A stretch of 25,565 nt of DNA from a virus (Duplodnaviria; Caudoviricetes): the IMG/VR virus record IMGVR_UViG_3300049173_000004, positions 1 to 25,565 of that record. One strand, given 5' to 3'. The notes beneath the pieces were generated by a model. That model was not told the DNA's origin. It saw only the letters and a list, made by a program, of their open reading frames with translations, and made no database searches. The first letter of the stretch is position 1. Every line of letters starts with the position of its first letter. A program made the translations under genes and the position numbers. This document shows positions 23,804-25,565 of the stretch, piece by piece.

Positions 23804-25565
23804 ATGGCTCTTTCGGGCAGTTTTTATCAAAATGTAGGTTCGGGATATCGTTTACAGACTGAATGGAGCGCAACCCAGAGCGTTGCAAATAATACAAGTA
23901 CAATTACAGTTAAATTATACTGGATGAGTTTAGGTTCGGCTTACTATGTTAACTCAAGTGATAGTAAGCCAGTATCTATCCAAATTGACGGAGAAGCATT
24001 TCCCGCTAACAAAGCTGGTTTAGCGGATTTGAACGGAAACCAAAAGAAGCTGATTCACTCAGCTTCTAAAACGGTTTCACATAATAGTGTTGGTGAGAAA
24101 TCTGCTTCAATCGTCGTCAACTTTGACCTTCAAGGAATTAGATTGAGTGGTACAACTTACAACAATATTTCAGATAGTGGAACGGCAAATTTAAATACAA
24201 TTCCACGAGCAAGTACGATTACATCATCTCTGAATTGGAAAGCACCAAATGCTTTTCCGATTTCGATAAGTCGCTCAAGCTCAAACTTTTATCATGACAT
24301 TGAAGTGCATGTGAAAAGAAAATCATCATCTACTTGGACACTGATTAAGACATACTCTAATGTGTCAACATATGTCGGTGGAGGATATGAATTAGATGAG
24401 ATGAAAAAAGTATTCCAGACACTTGCTACAGATTCTAGCGGTCATACACGTATTATTATTAAAACTTATAACGGCTCTGGCTCTGGTCGTACATATGTTG
24501 GAGCACACGACTATGGGGTTGATAGTGGATATGATGGTGGAGAAGTAGTAGTAGAATATTCCAGTAAGATTACAACCTCTGCAAGCTGGAATATAGGCGA
24601 TTCTGTTGGAGTTTCGATTGCTCGTAATCATCCTAGTTACACACATGTAATTAAATTCTATGCAAACAACCAATTGATACACACATCTCCTACGGTTGAA
24701 TACAGTTATACGTGGAATCCAACAACTACCGAAAATAATAATATGTATGCTCAAACACCAAACTCAAACACGGTTGCATCAAAAATAGAAACAATTACTT
24801 ATTACAATGGAATACAAGTTGATGTTTCGAAAAATGCAACAGGCACAGCTACAGTAACTAATTCAAATCCCACTTTCGGTACGGGTTATACATATGCAGA
24901 TACAAATGCAACCACTATTGCAATCACAGGGAATGACCAATACATCATTCAAAACAAATCAACTGTTCGAGTTAGTATACCAACAACAGCAAATGCTACA
25001 GCAATCAATAGTGCATCAATGAAGTCATACAGCGTGACATTGAATGGGGTTACGAAGACCGCTAACTACTCTACAACCACCACATTGACATTCGATTTTG
25101 GAGCGGTGAATATAAGCTCCAACTTAACATTAGTGGTAAAAGCAATAGATAGTCGTGGAAACTCTACACAGACCTCTAAAACGGTTTTAATCGTTCCTTG
25201 GTCGCCTCCAGTAGTAAATACAGATGCAAAGCGATTAAACGGATTTGAAGACTCTACGACAGTTACAATGAAAGGTAGTATTTCCAATCTAAAAGTAGGA
25301 ACAACTGACAAGAATGCAATCCTGTCTATGCAGTATCGATACAAAGATGCAGTTACAGCAAATGCTGTTTTTGGTGCTTGGACTAACTTTACATATACGA
25401 CAACTGGTATGAACTATACAGCTACAGATGTAACTCTTACTCTAGATAAGTTAAAATCTTGGACATTTGAAATTAAAACAACTGATAAGCTCGGAACAAC
25501 AACAATTACAAAAACAGTAAATAAAGGGCAACCGATTCTATTCATAGATTCAAAGTTAAACTCTG
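23804..25565 (+). CDS. DUF859-like siphovirus minor structural/tail-tip protein, 3'-truncated by the window edge
   Basis: Absent from the ORF track, apparently because no stop occurs before the window end. RBS AAGGAG, ATG at 23804. MALSGSFYQNVGSGYRLQTEWSATQSVANNTSTITVKLYW...VSHNSVGEKS...LNTIPRAS is the typical DUF859 N-terminus. The same frame ends ...KGQPILFIDSKLNS. Confidence 0.85.
   Translation, partial: MALSGSFYQNVGSGYRLQTEWSATQSVANNTSTITVKLYWMSLGSAYYVNSSDSKPVSIQIDGEAFPANKAGLADLNGNQKKLIHSASKTVSHNSVGEKSASIVVNFDLQGIRLSGTTYNNISDSGTANLNTIPRASTITSSLNWKAPNAFPISISRSSSNFYHDIEVHVKRKSSSTWTLIKTYSNVSTYVGGGYELDEMKKVFQTLATDSSGHTRIIIKTYNGSGSGRTYVGAHDYGVDSGYDGGEVVVEYSSKITTSASWNIGDSVGVSIARNHPSYTHVIKFYANNQLIHTSPTVEYSYTWNPTTTENNNMYAQTPNSNTVASKIETITYYNGIQVDVSKNATGTATVTNSNPTFGTGYTYADTNATTIAITGNDQYIIQNKSTVRVSIPTTANATAINSASMKSYSVTLNGVTKTANYSTTTTLTFDFGAVNISSNLTLVVKAIDSRGNSTQTSKTVLIVPWSPPVVNTDAKRLNGFEDSTTVTMKGSISNLKVGTTDKNAILSMQYRYKDAVTANAVFGAWTNFTYTTTGMNYTATDVTLTLDKLKSWTFEIKTTDKLGTTTITKTVNKGQPILFIDSKLNS

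Larger units (their letters stand above)
1..25565 (+). mobile_element. Tail-morphogenesis module of a large Bacillus-group siphovirus/prophage (SPbeta-like gene order)
   Basis: Co-oriented genes in the order recombinase - TMP - Dit - Tal - fibres - DUF859, with Firmicutes-type RBSs (AAGGAGG/AAGGGGTG) and sigma-A promoters. No host genes or genome ends are visible, so phage versus prophage cannot be decided. Confidence 0.9.

Noticed and set aside
2087-25344. Remaining short (60-145 aa) alternative-frame and antisense ORFs in the track
   Set aside because: All overlap long, well-supported + strand genes and show no recognisable motifs.
18825-25565. Diversity-generating retroelement targeting the fibre genes
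   Set aside because: No reverse transcriptase and no adenine-specific TR/VR repeat pair were seen within this window.
1-25565. CRISPR array, tRNA/rRNA, intron or intein
   Set aside because: No regularly spaced repeats, no intergenic gap with a recognisable RNA gene, and no intein or homing-endonuclease motifs were noticed by eye.

Overview
The whole window is one + strand, AT-rich stretch of the tail-morphogenesis module of a large siphovirus or prophage of a Bacillus-group host, with an SPbeta-like gene order. In order it holds: the 3' end of an unknown gene, an apparently intact tyrosine recombinase (YomM-like position), and a 3802-aa tape measure protein carrying M15-like peptidase, lytic transglycosylase, LysM, PG-binding and SH3b modules. 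These are followed by Dit, a permuted papain-like NlpC/P60 hydrolase, Tal, a 580-aa Ig-like repeat protein, a 1649-aa fibre with an N-terminal poly-gamma-glutamate hydrolase domain plus about five CBM-like domains, and a truncated DUF859-type protein. Four observations stand out. (1) The central fibre appears split into three polypeptides whose ends look like Ig domains missing their last strand, with that strand at the start of the next gene's fibre part (possible donor-strand-linked fibre). (2) A capsule depolymerase domain is grafted in front of one such donor strand. (3) A near-identical 37-bp consensus sigma-A promoter sits exactly 5000 bp apart in front of the two hydrolase-bearing genes, one copy followed at once by a terminator-like hairpin. 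(4) The recombinase is bracketed by imperfect direct repeats and followed by an inverted repeat with a 7-bp spacer. All family assignments come from motif recognition by eye, not database searches.
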